63,772 nt of DNA, from contig JBCDEC010000001.1 in NCBI GenBank assembly GCA_039179965.1, positions 1-63,772 of the forward strand, read 5' to 3'. Below the pieces are notes generated by a model. It searched no databases, was not told the DNA's origin, and saw nothing but the letters and a program-made list of their open reading frames with translations. This document shows, one piece after another, positions 40,071-50,523 of this stretch. Both the position numbers and the translations under genes were made by a program. Position 1 is the first letter of the stretch. Each line of letters opens with the position of its first letter. The stretch comes from Pseudomonadota bacterium. GTDB lineage: Bacteria > Pseudomonadota > Alphaproteobacteria > Rhodobacterales > Rhodobacteraceae.

Positions 40071-40125
40071 CGACGATGAGTCCATTGCAAATGACGCGCA
40101 GACCGGATATCGGGTCCGCCACGGT

Positions 40126-40202
40126 CGGAGTGTAGCTCAGCCTGGTAGAGCACTGTCTTCGGGAGGCAGGGGTCGTGAGTTCGAATCTCGCCACTCCGAC
40201 CA
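40126..40202 (+). tRNA. tRNA-Pro (anticodon CGG)
   Basis: Acceptor cggagtg/cactccg, D arm gctcagcctggtagagc, anticodon arm ctgtc-ttcggga-ggcag, T loop ttcgaat, encoded CCA; 77 nt. Confidence 0.97.
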
Positions 40203-41112
40203 ATTTTTCGGATCATTCGAAGTTGCCGCGCGGATACGAGCGGAGACGTGCGGAGACGTGCTGTGCCAGGGTTGATGTCCGGGCACACATGTGTGCTTCA
40301 CCATCGCCGGTCCTCCGCTTCGGTGTCATCGCACAGAACGGGCAACTCCCGTATCGCATCCATCGATCCGGGTCTGGCGACATCCGGGCATCGCTTATCG
40401 CAAAAAGGCATCCATCGCCGCGAACCGCCTGCCTGCCGACAGACGTCCTTTGAAGCGCCGGGTGAGGGGATTGGACATGTGCTCGCGGCGATGGATCCGG
40501 GGACGCGCAAGGGCGCGTGAACTCTGGGTCTGTGCCGCGCAGGGTGCCCTGACAGGGGCGTGCGCGGCGCGTTTCGGACGGCAAGGCGGCCCGGAAGCCG
40601 TCTGTGCCACCTCTGGCACGCAGGTCGGAGCACAGGGCAGGCCTGCCGCAGGGCGCACAGTCCAAAGGCGCATCTGTCACCGGGTATGCGGGCAAGCAGG
40701 GCTGACACGATGGCTTCATTTGTGCGGTCCTCAGGATGTGCTCTGGGATCTTGGATTAGGCCGAAGAGTTGAACAGAGTGTTTACAACCGCTGACAGTCT
40801 TTTGCGTCACTCAAAACGGACAGATCTGGCGAGGCGCGTTGTCACGCACCCGTGCCGGGCCGGTGCGGCGGTCCCGAAGGGGGTGCGCAAGTGCCGGTGC
40901 GGAACTCCCGCAGGTCAATGAAACAAAACAGCTTTTCCAAATGTGCGGAAACGGGTCAGACGGCAAACTGAGGGGCTCGACCCGCGGTGGCGCCGTCCGC
41001 TGCCGATCCGCCCTTGCAGACGTTGGCCCCGCGCAACCGGCAAAAGCGTCACCTGGCGCGGCGCGGCAAACTAGATCAAATTGATCGCTCCGCGCGGGCG
41101 CAGGCCGGAACG

Positions 41113-42918
41113 CTAGGCCACATGCTCGGACAGATAGGCCCGCCAGCCGCCAAAGCGGGTGATGTCCTGCGCGCCCTCGATGCCCTGCTGTTCCACCAGG
41201 ACTCCGGTCACCGCGCGACCGTCAGACAGCATTATCGTTCCAAAGCTCAGCGGCGACGGCACGGTGGCCATGAACGCCCCGAACTGCGTCGAGGGCAGCG
41301 CCCAGAGTTCAAGCGCGATGGCTGCCCCGTCCGGCACGCGCAGCAATCCGGGCCGGATCGGTGGCCCTCCGGCCAGCGCGAACAACTGGTAGTCCTCGGA
41401 CGTCTCGGTCACCTCAAGAAACCGCGCGCCCAGGCCGGTCAGGACCGTGTTGAGCGGCAGGCCGGACATATGCGCGCCAACCACGGCCAGCACCATCTCG
41501 TCCCTCCGCGTGCTCTGACGCGGCAGGATCGGTGTTTGCGACACCTCACCGGCAGTGGCCCCCAAGGCGCCCCCGGAGATACGGTGAAGGTCGTCGGCCA
41601 GACTGGCGATCCCGGCATCCTGTCCCGCGGTCGCCAGCAGGGTCACACTGGCTGGCCGACCGTCGGAGCGCACTCCGGTCGGCACGGCGATGGCGCACAT
41701 ATCGAGCAGGTTCACAAAGTTTGTATAGGTGCCAAAGTCGCTGTTGGGCCCGATTGGATCGGCCTCAAGATCCTTGAGCGAATAGAACCTCGGAATCGTC
41801 GGCACGCAGAGCAGATCGACGCCGCGCAGCGCGGTTTCGGCGATGCGGCGCAGTTCGGCCAGGCGATAGATGCCGTTGAACGTGTCCACGGCAGAGTAGT
41901 TGTCCGCCGCGCCGACAACCGTTCGTGTGACCGGATGCACGGCCCCCGGATCGTCTTTCAGGAGTGACTGAATGACCGTCATCCGTTCGGCCACCCAGGT
42001 GCCGTCGTAAAGCATCCTGGCAACGTCGTAGAAGGGTTGGAAATCGATCTCCACGCATGTGGCTCCGAGAGCCTTGAGCCGGTTGAGTGCCCCATCAAAT
42101 GCCTGCGCCTGTACGTCGTCGCCCAGGAAAACGAGGCTGTCGGCATCCGGCACGCCAACCCGCAGACCAGCGGGCAGCGGGCCCGGTGCAGCGACCGGGA
42201 TATCGCGGGAATAGGCGTCTGCGGCATCAAAGCCGGAGGCGGCGTCATAGGCCGCCCAGGCATCCGCAACCGTCAGCGCAAAGACCGAGATCGTATCAAG
42301 GGTGCGACATGCCGGGACCACGCCGCTGGCGGACAGGGTCCCAAGGGTTGGCTTCAGTCCCACCAGATTGTTCAGGGCCGCCGGCACCCGGCCCGATCCG
42401 GCCGTATCGGTGCCCAGGGCAAAGGTGACAATCCCCTGCGCCACCGCGACCGCCGACCCCGAAGAAGACCCGCCCGGCACAATTTTCGGATCGATGGCGT
42501 TTCTGGGCACCGGATAGGGCGACCGGACGCCCACCAGACCGGTCGCGAACTGATCGAGGTTGGTCTTACCCACGGGTAAGGCGCCTGCCGCCCGCAAACG
42601 GGCCACCACATAAGCGTCCTGAGACGGCTCGTAGGCATAGGCCGGGCAGGCGGCGGTCGTTGGCACACCGGCAACGTCGATATTGTCCTTGACCGCGAAG
42701 GGCAGGCCCCACAGCGGATAGAGGTCGGGGTCAAACGGCGGCAGGGCGCCGGCCTCGTCAACAAGATCGTTCTCGGACCGCAGATGAATGAATATCCCCG
42801 GATCCCCGACGGCTGAAACCCGGCGCCCCACCTCTTGCACAACCGCCTGTGGCGTCAGGCCAAGCTGGTAGGCCGCGTGGAGCGATGCCAGGTCGAAGCT
42901 GAGGGTTTCAACGGTCAT
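41113..42918 (-). CDS. atzF: Allophanate hydrolase
   Basis: FAVKDNID, GKTNLDQFATGLVG, GGSSSGS, GTDTAGSGRVPA, plus the AH C-domain LAVVGAHMSGLPLN...FGGWRAY. Confidence 0.94.
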   Translation of the reverse strand: MTVETLSFDLASLHAAYQLGLTPQAVVQEVGRRVSAVGDPGIFIHLRSENDLVDEAGALPPFDPDLYPLWGLPFAVKDNIDVAGVPTTAACPAYAYEPSQDAYVVARLRAAGALPVGKTNLDQFATGLVGVRSPYPVPRNAIDPKIVPGGSSSGSAVAVAQGIVTFALGTDTAGSGRVPAALNNLVGLKPTLGTLSASGVVPACRTLDTISVFALTVADAWAAYDAASGFDAADAYSRDIPVAAPGPLPAGLRVGVPDADSLVFLGDDVQAQAFDGALNRLKALGATCVEIDFQPFYDVARMLYDGTWVAERMTVIQSLLKDDPGAVHPVTRTVVGAADNYSAVDTFNGIYRLAELRRIAETALRGVDLLCVPTIPRFYSLKDLEADPIGPNSDFGTYTNFVNLLDMCAIAVPTGVRSDGRPASVTLLATAGQDAGIASLADDLHRISGGALGATAGEVSQTPILPRQSTRRDEMVLAVVGAHMSGLPLNTVLTGLGARFLEVTETSEDYQLFALAGGPPIRPGLLRVPDGAAIALELWALPSTQFGAFMATVPSPLSFGTIMLSDGRAVTGVLVEQQGIEGAQDITRFGGWRAYLSEHVA

Positions 42919-42929
42919 TCGGGGCCTTC

Positions 42930-43277
42930 CTACTCAAGAAACTGGACGGGGCGTTCCCATTCGATGAGAATAACACACCCGTCCTCGGACCAGACCGAAT
43001 GTGCGCTGCCCGGCGGATTCAGCACCAGAGCCCCCTGCGAATAGGTGCCCGTCTCATCGCTCTGGCTGCCTTCGAGCACGAGAATGGTTTCCAGCCCGGT
43101 GTGGCGATGCCGGGGCACGCTGGCCCCCGGGGCATAGCGCAGCAAGGCCACCCCCGGATCGCCCTCGCGCAGCCAGCAGATGTCCACGCCCTCGCGAAAC
43201 GGCGCAAAGCTCATCTGCCGCCAGCCGCCGTCAAGGAACCCGGGCACATGGCGGCCCGATGGGTCTGCATCAGCCAT
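42930..43277 (-). CDS. ChrR-like cupin protein
   Basis: [18 protein letters not shown]...NPPGSAH metal-binding cupin motifs. Confidence 0.85.
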   Translation of the reverse strand: MADADPSGRHVPGFLDGGWRQMSFAPFREGVDICWLREGDPGVALLRYAPGASVPRHRHTGLETILVLEGSQSDETGTYSQGALVLNPPGSAHSVWSEDGCVILIEWERPVQFLE

Positions 43278-43935
43278 CGAGCGCCGCCTCAATTTGTGCT
43301 GTCGACGCGGTCCAGCCGACAATCGCGCCCTGCGCGCGGATCATGTCCAGCGTCGCCGCCTTGAAGGCCGGGAAGTAGCTTTCGGTGGCATCTTCGGCCA
43401 GCAGGCAGTCATAGCCGCGATCATTGGCCTCGCGCATGGTGGTCTGCACGCAGACCTCGGTGGTCACGCCTGCAAAAATCAGTGTGCGAATGCCCTTGTC
43501 CCCCAGGATCTGCGTCAACGGCGTGCCGTAAAAGGCGCCCTTTCCTGGCTTGTCGATGACAATTTCTTCGTCCAGAGGGGCCAGCGCCGGAACAATGCCG
43601 GCGCCGGGCTCTCCGGCGATCAGGATGCGGCCCATGGGTCCGGGATCGCCAATGCGCAAACGCGGCGCGCCCCGGTTGCGTTTGGCGGGCGGACAGTCAG
43701 ACAGATCCGGGGCATGGCATTCGCGTGTGTGTATGATCGCCAGGCCGGCCGCGCGGGCGGCGGCAAGCAGCTGGGCCGTTGTCGGCACGATGGCCTGCAG
43801 CGGTGCGACGTCATTGCCGAGCGAGGCGCCAAAGCCGCCCTCCTCGATGAAGTCGCGCTGCATGTCGATCACGATCAACGCCGTGCTGGCCGGATCAAAC
43901 TGCAATGGAAAGGGTCGGGCGGGAACTTCGGGCAT
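43270..43935 (-). CDS. trtA: Triuret hydrolase-type cysteine hydrolase (isochorismatase family)
   Basis: D-K-C triad (IDMQ, DKPGK, EVCV); TrtA-type residues GGF, LGN, TTEVC, SYF, GAIVG. Confidence 0.8.
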   Translation of the reverse strand: MPEVPARPFPLQFDPASTALIVIDMQRDFIEEGGFGASLGNDVAPLQAIVPTTAQLLAAARAAGLAIIHTRECHAPDLSDCPPAKRNRGAPRLRIGDPGPMGRILIAGEPGAGIVPALAPLDEEIVIDKPGKGAFYGTPLTQILGDKGIRTLIFAGVTTEVCVQTTMREANDRGYDCLLAEDATESYFPAFKAATLDMIRAQGAIVGWTASTAQIEAALDG

Positions 43936-45464
43936 CAGTGATGCCCCCCCATCCTGGCGCCGATGTCGGCAATCGTTGCCTCGGCAACCGGGCGGTCATA
44001 GGCGATGGCGCCCTCCGACATGACCAGCACCCGGTCGGCGAGTTCCATGATCTCATCGAGATCTTCGGAAATCAGTAGCACCGCCGCCCCGGCGTTCCGG
44101 GCGGCCATGATCCGGGCGCGGATTTCGGCGACGGCCGTGAAATCGAGCCCGAAACAGGGGTTGGCCGCGATCAGCAGATCCACCTCTCCGGTCAGTTCTC
44201 GGGCCAGAACAGCACGCTGGACATTGCCGCCCGAGAGCGCGGCAATCGGGCTTTCCAGCGAGGCGGTCTTGACCTTGAAGGAGGCGACCAGATCGCTCGC
44301 GCGCCGCCGCATCGCACCGGCATTCAACCAGAACCGGGCGCCCGATCCATTTACATCAAAGGTGCGGAAGTTGACGTTTTCGGTCACGCTCATCTTCGGC
44401 GCGCATGCGTTGTGCAAAGGCTCTTCGGGAAGGTAGCGGACGCATTTTACTCGGGCTTCTGACCGCGTCGCGCCGAAAGGGGCGCCCTTGACATCGATGG
44501 TTCCGCGCTCCAACGGGCGCTGGCCGGTCAAAAGCTCCATCAGTTCCACCTGACCGTTGCCGGAGATCCCGGCCAGGCCGACGATCTCGCCCGTACGCAC
44601 ATCCAGTTGATCGAGCACGATGTCGTTGAGACCCGACCGGTCCTTGGCGCGCACGTTCCGGGCAGACAATACAACGTCGCCTGCCGTGCCACTGCGCGGC
44701 GCGGATTCCGCGAGTTTGGCGTCGCCCATCATGATCCGCGCCATATCGGACCGCGTCAGTTCGCCGACCCTTCCGGCGCCCACCAGCTTGCCGCGCCGCA
44801 GGATGGACACCGAATCCGAATAGGCCTCAACTTCGCGAAACTTGTGGGAAATCATCAGCACCGTGATTTCGCCCTGCGCACAGAGCCCGCGCACATGGCC
44901 CAGAACCTCGTCGGCCTCATCAGGGGTAAGCACCGATGTCGGCTCGTCCAGAATCAGGAACCGGCGGCCCAGATAGAGCTGTTTGAGGATCTCCAGCTTT
45001 TGCTTTTCACCCGCAGCCAGCGACCGCACGGGCCGGTCGAGAGGGACCTGAAACGGCATCCGGAACATGAACTCCGACAGGGCCGCACTCTCGGATCGCC
45101 AGTCGATGATCCCGGGCGCATCTTCCCGGCTGATCACCAGATTTTCGGCAGCCGTCAAGGACGGCACCAGCGTGAAATGCTGGTAGACCATGCCAAGCCC
45201 CAGCGCATGGGCGGCACGCGGATCGGGGACCAGCGCTTCGCGCCCGTCGACCAGCATCTCGCCCGAGGTCGCGTGGTAAAACCCCATCATGCATTTCACC
45301 AGCGTCGACTTGCCCGCACCGTTTTCTCCGAGCAGCGCGTGAAACGTTCCGGGTTCGATGCTGATCGAGACATCGTCCAGGGCCGTGAAGGCCCCGAACC
45401 GCATGGTCATGCCAAGGGTTTCAATCCCGATGGCCCCCTGCGCCGTATGGCCCGGAGAGCTCAC
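43935..45464 (-). CDS. ABC transporter ATP-binding protein (double NBD, CUT2/nucleoside type)
   Basis: [30 protein letters not shown]; GTG start overlaps the biuH stop. Confidence 0.93.
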   Translation of the reverse strand: MSSPGHTAQGAIGIETLGMTMRFGAFTALDDVSISIEPGTFHALLGENGAGKSTLVKCMMGFYHATSGEMLVDGREALVPDPRAAHALGLGMVYQHFTLVPSLTAAENLVISREDAPGIIDWRSESAALSEFMFRMPFQVPLDRPVRSLAAGEKQKLEILKQLYLGRRFLILDEPTSVLTPDEADEVLGHVRGLCAQGEITVLMISHKFREVEAYSDSVSILRRGKLVGAGRVGELTRSDMARIMMGDAKLAESAPRSGTAGDVVLSARNVRAKDRSGLNDIVLDQLDVRTGEIVGLAGISGNGQVELMELLTGQRPLERGTIDVKGAPFGATRSEARVKCVRYLPEEPLHNACAPKMSVTENVNFRTFDVNGSGARFWLNAGAMRRRASDLVASFKVKTASLESPIAALSGGNVQRAVLARELTGEVDLLIAANPCFGLDFTAVAEIRARIMAARNAGAAVLLISEDLDEIMELADRVLVMSEGAIAYDRPVAEATIADIGARMGGHH

Positions 45465-46153
45465 GGCAAGCCCGCGATCAGGCCGGTGCTGTCGCAGACC
45501 GCCCCGAACACCCCGCCTTGCATCTTGACCATATGGATCGCGGCAGCGTGGTTGCCGGGATCCGTCGCACCACAGCAATCCTCAAGGATCACGCATTCAA
45601 AGCCCCGGTCATTGGCCTCCCGCATGGTTGTCGAGACACAGACATCCGTGGTGATGCCCGTCAGGACGAGGTTCTCGATCCCGCGGGTGCGCAGGATCAG
45701 TTCCAGATCGGTTGCGCAGAACGACCCCTTGCCGGGTTTGTCGATGATCACTTCGTCAGGCCCGGGGTAAAGGTCTTCGATGATGTCCCAGACGGGTTCG
45801 CCCCGCACGAGGATCTTGCCACAGGGCCCGGCATCACCGATTCCGGCTCCGATGCGCTGGGACCGCCAGCGTTTGTTGGCGGGCAGATCGGACAGATCCG
45901 GTCGGTGACCTTCGCGGGTATGAATGATGTGATAGCCCTTGCGCCGCATGGCCGCGAGCACCGCCTTGATTGGCTCGATCGGCGCGCGGGTGAGCGAAAG
46001 ATCGTACCCCATCGTGTCGACATATCCGCCCTTGCCGCAAAAGTCGGTCTGCATATCGATGATGATGAGAGCCGTGTTTTCGGGGCGCAGATCTCCGTTG
46101 TAAGGCCAGGGATAGGGGTCGGAGGCAATGGACACGCTCATCTGATCCTTCAT
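45461..46153 (-). CDS. biuH: Biuret hydrolase
   Basis: [67 protein letters not shown] match BiuH as recalled. Confidence 0.9.
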   Translation of the reverse strand: MKDQMSVSIASDPYPWPYNGDLRPENTALIIIDMQTDFCGKGGYVDTMGYDLSLTRAPIEPIKAVLAAMRRKGYHIIHTREGHRPDLSDLPANKRWRSQRIGAGIGDAGPCGKILVRGEPVWDIIEDLYPGPDEVIIDKPGKGSFCATDLELILRTRGIENLVLTGITTDVCVSTTMREANDRGFECVILEDCCGATDPGNHAAAIHMVKMQGGVFGAVCDSTGLIAGLP

Positions 46154-47166
46154 TCTGCCGCTTCCTGTTTGGTTTCGCCAAATCGTCGTGTGGGTTCGGG
46201 AAACCCGCAGCTTGTGCCGTCGGTCACTTTGACCTCGGTTTCCCATGGCACCCGGTAGGTGCCGTCCGCCAGATCGGTCATGTAGGTGTAAGGGCAATCC
46301 CCGGCGCCGCCTTTGACCGCGACGTATCCGCGATGGCCGAGCTGGTAGATGTTGTTTTCCACCCCCCAGTTGATCCGTGCTTCCCGGACCAGATCGGGCC
46401 GCACCTCGGCGGTCACAATCTCATCCGCGCGCCCGGAGGTGCCATGCGCCAGGATCGTGCCGTCGAAATTGACGATCATCCCCTCGCCCATGGAATCAAA
46501 GGTTCCGTCCGAGCCGCACATGCAGACATTGGCCGTCACCATCAGATTGCAGAAGGCGTTGGATTGATTTGTGAAACGCCAGCTGTCGCGGATCGGCGCG
46601 GTGTAGCCGGCCGTGCGCAGCATGATCTCTGCCCCGCGATAGGCCGCCTCGCGCGCCATTTCCGGGAACATGCCGTCATGACAGATGATCAGCGCGATCT
46701 TGGCGCCCTTGGGGCCTTCGATGACCGGGATCCCCAGATCTCCGGGTTCCCAGGGCTCCACCGGCACCCAGGGGTGCAGCTTGCGATAGTAGAGCTTCAG
46801 TTCACCGGTATTGTCGATGATGATCCCGGAGTTGTAGGGCATTCCGCCGGGGTTTTTTTCCATGATGGAAAAGCAGCCCCAGATGTCATTTTCGACACAA
46901 GCCGCCTTGAGCGCCGCGACCTCGGGCCCGTCGAGGCTGCACATGATGTCGGGGTTGGTGTCCATCGATAGCCCGTGCAGCGCGTATTCCGGAAAGACCA
47001 CCAGATCCATCGTTGCCATGTTGCGGCGCGCCTTGCCGACCATGGCCACGACCTTTTCGGTTTGCCGCGCCAGATCCGCAGGGGTTTCGACCACAGGCAA
47101 CTTTAGCTGCACCATGCCGATAACCACGCCGTTCGGAGACTTGTTGAGACCGCCAAGACCAGACAT
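46150..47166 (-). CDS. amiF: Formamidase (nitrilase superfamily, AmiF type)
   Basis: [10 protein letters not shown]-terminus; triad [27 protein letters not shown]; HRGYVAV. Confidence 0.9.
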   Translation of the reverse strand: MSGLGGLNKSPNGVVIGMVQLKLPVVETPADLARQTEKVVAMVGKARRNMATMDLVVFPEYALHGLSMDTNPDIMCSLDGPEVAALKAACVENDIWGCFSIMEKNPGGMPYNSGIIIDNTGELKLYYRKLHPWVPVEPWEPGDLGIPVIEGPKGAKIALIICHDGMFPEMAREAAYRGAEIMLRTAGYTAPIRDSWRFTNQSNAFCNLMVTANVCMCGSDGTFDSMGEGMIVNFDGTILAHGTSGRADEIVTAEVRPDLVREARINWGVENNIYQLGHRGYVAVKGGAGDCPYTYMTDLADGTYRVPWETEVKVTDGTSCGFPEPTRRFGETKQEAAE

Positions 47167-47175
47167 GTGTTGCTC

Positions 47176-48099
47176 CTATTTGGTAATCGATAACTCGCCC
47201 GGGGCTCCGACCATCGCCTGCGTCTTGGACGACATCGCGATGAGAACACCAAGCGTCAGGATGTAGGGGGCCGCGAAGAAGAGGTAGTAGCCCTCGGAGA
47301 TTCCGACCGACTGCAAAGCCGGCCCCAGGGCCCCGGCACCGCCGAAAAGCAACGCCGCGCCGAAACAGGCAATCGGATTCCAGCGGGCGAAGATCACAAG
47401 CGCCACCGCCATGAGGCCCTGGCCCGAGGAAATGCCTTCGTTCCAGCTGCCGGGGTAATAGAGCGACAGGTAGGCGCCGCCGATCCCGGCGAACGCACCG
47501 CCCACAGCCGTTGCCAAGGTGCGGATCACCGCCGGGCGCAGGCCCATGGCGCGGGCGGCGTCCGTGCTGTCTCCGACGACGCGGATCACAAGGCCAATGC
47601 GGGTGGCCCGGAACATCCACCACAGCCCGATCGCCGCAACGATCCCGATGAGGAACAGCACGTTCACGCGCAAAGCCGCTTCGACCTGAGGCAGGTCGGA
47701 CCACCAGCCCAGCGGGATGGCCGGCAGATCCGGCGCGACCGGCTGGATGTAGGGCTTGCCGAAGAAAAACGCGAGGCCGAGGCCCAGCAGCATCATCGCA
47801 ATGCCGATGGCAATGTCGTTGACCTTTGGAATCGAGCAGATCGCCCCGTGGATCAGCCCAAAAAGCGATCCGGCGATGGCCGCGGCAAGCACGCCAACCC
47901 ATGGCGAGCCGGTGTGAAAGGCCAGCGCATAGCCCGCCATGGCGCCAAACACCAAGGTGCCTTCCAGGCCGAGGTTGATCCGCCCGGACCGCTCGGTGAG
48001 CACTTCCCCCAGCGAGACGAACAGAAACGGTGTGGAGACGCGAATGGCGCCGCCAAGAATGGCGATGGGGATCGCCCATATCCCAAGATCGCTTTCCAT
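47176..48099 (-). CDS. ABC transporter permease
   Basis: ERSGRINLGLEG, GQGLMAVALVIFARWNP, PYILT; TGATG coupling with the upstream permease. Confidence 0.92.
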   Translation of the reverse strand: MESDLGIWAIPIAILGGAIRVSTPFLFVSLGEVLTERSGRINLGLEGTLVFGAMAGYALAFHTGSPWVGVLAAAIAGSLFGLIHGAICSIPKVNDIAIGIAMMLLGLGLAFFFGKPYIQPVAPDLPAIPLGWWSDLPQVEAALRVNVLFLIGIVAAIGLWWMFRATRIGLVIRVVGDSTDAARAMGLRPAVIRTLATAVGGAFAGIGGAYLSLYYPGSWNEGISSGQGLMAVALVIFARWNPIACFGAALLFGGAGALGPALQSVGISEGYYLFFAAPYILTLGVLIAMSSKTQAMVGAPGELSITK

Positions 48100-49214
48100 C
48101 ACCGGCTGCTCCATCGTTCGGGTACAAAGATGCGGAACCGGCCGTACAGCGCGTCGGACATCAAAATCGCAATGAAGACAAAGCCCTGAAGCACCAGAAC
48201 GGTCGCATCCGGCAGATCCATCCGCCGCTGGATCAGACCCGAAGAGGCCTCGAACCCGGCCAGAAGCACCGCCACGGGAATGATCGCGAGCGGGTTGTGA
48301 CGGGCCAGAAAGGCGATCAGGATCCCGGTAAAGCCGTACCCAGTCGCAAGGGACGCGTTGGCCGACCCGTGGACGGCGGACACTTCGAAGAACCCCGCAA
48401 GCCCCGCAAAGGCGCCACCCAGCGCGGTGAACCCGATAATCAACCGGCCCACTGGCAAGCTTTGCACCTCTGCCGCGCGGACATTGCCACCGGCGATTCG
48501 CGCGGCAAAACCCCAGGTCGTCCGGTCAATCAGCACCCAGGACAGCACGCAGAGGATAACCCCGACGATCAGACCCCAATGCACGTCCCAACCAGGGATG
48601 TCCCCGACGCGGAGCTGCTCGGCCAGGGGGGCCGTGGAGGGTTTGTTCAGGGAGGACGGGTCGCGAAACGGCCCCTCCACGAGATGGTTCATCAGGGCAA
48701 TCGCGATATAGGACATCAACAGGCTTGCGATGGTCTCATTCACCCCGCGCACATGCCGCAGCCAGCCGACGGCCCCGATCCAGACCGCGCCGGTGAGCGC
48801 CGCCGCGAGCGCCAGCACCGGCAGACCGAGGGCCCCGGGCCACCCGACGAGAACACCGGCCAAGGCGCCGGCCGCGACGCCGCCCAAAACGATAGCGCCC
48901 TCGCCTCCGATCACGACCAGACCCAACCGGGCGGGCAGCGCGACGCAAAGCGCTGCAAACAGCAGCGGCGCGGTGCGGGACAGGGTGTTCTGCCAGGAAA
49001 ACGCGGTGCCAAAGCCCGCGCGGTAAACGAGATTGTAAAATTCGACCGGCGACTTGCCCAGTGTGAGCAGGAACAGGCTGAACACGGCCAGTCCTGCGAT
49101 CAGGGCCGTCACGGGGAGAATGACGGCCTCTGATCTCCGCGCCAGTCCCGCGAGCCAGCCGTCCGGAGACAACAGCACGCGGGGCGCGGTATCGGTTGGA
49201 TCGGCGATCGTCAT
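48099..49214 (-). CDS. ABC transporter permease
   Basis: IGGEG, GVNETIASLL, GYGFTGILIAFLARHNP. Confidence 0.92.
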   Translation of the reverse strand: MTIADPTDTAPRVLLSPDGWLAGLARRSEAVILPVTALIAGLAVFSLFLLTLGKSPVEFYNLVYRAGFGTAFSWQNTLSRTAPLLFAALCVALPARLGLVVIGGEGAIVLGGVAAGALAGVLVGWPGALGLPVLALAAALTGAVWIGAVGWLRHVRGVNETIASLLMSYIAIALMNHLVEGPFRDPSSLNKPSTAPLAEQLRVGDIPGWDVHWGLIVGVILCVLSWVLIDRTTWGFAARIAGGNVRAAEVQSLPVGRLIIGFTALGGAFAGLAGFFEVSAVHGSANASLATGYGFTGILIAFLARHNPLAIIPVAVLLAGFEASSGLIQRRMDLPDATVLVLQGFVFIAILMSDALYGRFRIFVPERWSSR

Positions 49215-49238
49215 GGATCTACCTTGCTGAGACAGCGA

Positions 49239-50360
49239 TCAAGACGTTGCGCCGATAACGCCTTCAACCAGGTAGTCCATGCTTTCGAGCGCGATGTCGG
49301 TTTCCACGAAAACCGCGCCGGCGCCAAGGATTTCGGTTCCGGTATTGGTCATCAGCGGGCCTTGGTAGGCGGCGAACCCGCCTTTCATCATCTCGGCCTT
49401 TGTGGAGTCGAACTGATTGCGCGCGGCGTCGCTGACCGAGGGACCGAGAGGCGACATCTTGATGTAACCTTCGGACAATCCGCCCCGGTCGAAGTTGTCG
49501 ATGCTTCCACCATCGAGCACCGTCTGAACCATGCGGGTGTAGACCCCGGGCCAGTTCCACTCGGCACCGGTCAGGTATTTCTCGGGCGCGAGCGGCGATT
49601 GATCGGCGTGGTAGCCGCAGACAAAGCAATCTCGTCCGGCGGCTGTTTCCATAACCACTTTCGGCCCGTCGACGTGGCAGGTGATCACGTCGCAGCCCGC
49701 GTCGGCCAGGGCATTGGTGGCTTCGGCCTCTTTCACCGCCAGCGACCATTCCCCGGTGAAAATCACCTGGCAGGTAATGGACGGATCGACCTGACGCGCG
49801 CCCAGCAGGTACGAATTGATGTTCTGCAGGACCTGGGGAATCGGTTTGGCCGCGACGAAGCCCAGCTTTTTGGTCTGGGTCATATGACCGGCCACAATGC
49901 CGTTCAGGTACTGGCCCAGACCAATGTAGCCAAAATAGGATCCCACGTTCCCGGGATGCTTGTCCGCCGACCAAAGCCCGGCGGCATGCTGGAACCGGAC
50001 GTCGGGGTATTTTGGGGCGAGTTCAAGGATATGCGGGTCGAAATACCCAAAGGAGGTCGGGAACAGCAGGCTCGCACCGTCAAAATTGACCATCGATTCC
50101 ATGGACTTCTGCACATCCACGGTCTCTGCGACATTCTCTTCCTCAACGACCGTTACACCGGCCATTTCCTTGACGGCCGCGGCGCCTTCGGCATGGGCCT
50201 GATTGTAGCCAAAGTCATCCTTGGGCCCGACGTAGATGAACCCGACGGTCAGATCTCCGCTGGCCGCCGCAAGCGAGGGCAGCGATCCCAAAGCCGTCGC
50301 GCCGGCCAGAGCGGCACCGCCCCGCAGAACGCCACGACGGGAAAGAGGCTTGATGGTCAT
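49239..50360 (-). CDS. BMP-family ABC substrate-binding protein with Tat signal
   Basis: SRRGVLR; GFIYVGPKDDFGYNQAH, TSFGY, GFVAAKPIP. Confidence 0.92.
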   Translation of the reverse strand: MTIKPLSRRGVLRGGAALAGATALGSLPSLAAASGDLTVGFIYVGPKDDFGYNQAHAEGAAAVKEMAGVTVVEEENVAETVDVQKSMESMVNFDGASLLFPTSFGYFDPHILELAPKYPDVRFQHAAGLWSADKHPGNVGSYFGYIGLGQYLNGIVAGHMTQTKKLGFVAAKPIPQVLQNINSYLLGARQVDPSITCQVIFTGEWSLAVKEAEATNALADAGCDVITCHVDGPKVVMETAAGRDCFVCGYHADQSPLAPEKYLTGAEWNWPGVYTRMVQTVLDGGSIDNFDRGGLSEGYIKMSPLGPSVSDAARNQFDSTKAEMMKGGFAAYQGPLMTNTGTEILGAGAVFVETDIALESMDYLVEGVIGATS

Positions 50361-50464
50361 ATCACGAAACTCCTGAGCAGTTTGCAGAAGCGCTCCCGGG
50401 CGCAACCCCGGATCGGCCCGCGCGCTTTGCCCAAACCGTGCCGATGACAAGTGCTGCTGTCTTC

Positions 50465-50501
50465 TGCTAAGTTTGCAGCAGTTCGATGCAAATTTTGCAT
50501 C
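50465..50501. promoter_or_regulatory. LysR binding sites (two T-N11-A boxes)
   Basis: Dyad gatgcaaattttgcatc (50485-50501) and tgctaagtttgca (50465-50477), 22 bp apart, in the divergent promoter. Confidence 0.7.
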
Positions 50502-50523
50502 ACTTTGAAAAAGGCTGCCCCTT

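Noticed and set aside
40213-40810. Several 160-170 aa ORFs after the tRNA
   Set aside because: Mutually overlapping with no recognisable motif; not called as CDS.
50429-50443. Sigma54 promoter for the biuret operon (cggcac-ggttt-gggc, minus strand)
   Set aside because: GG and GC are spaced correctly but the TT before GC is missing, and a LysR layout already explains the region.
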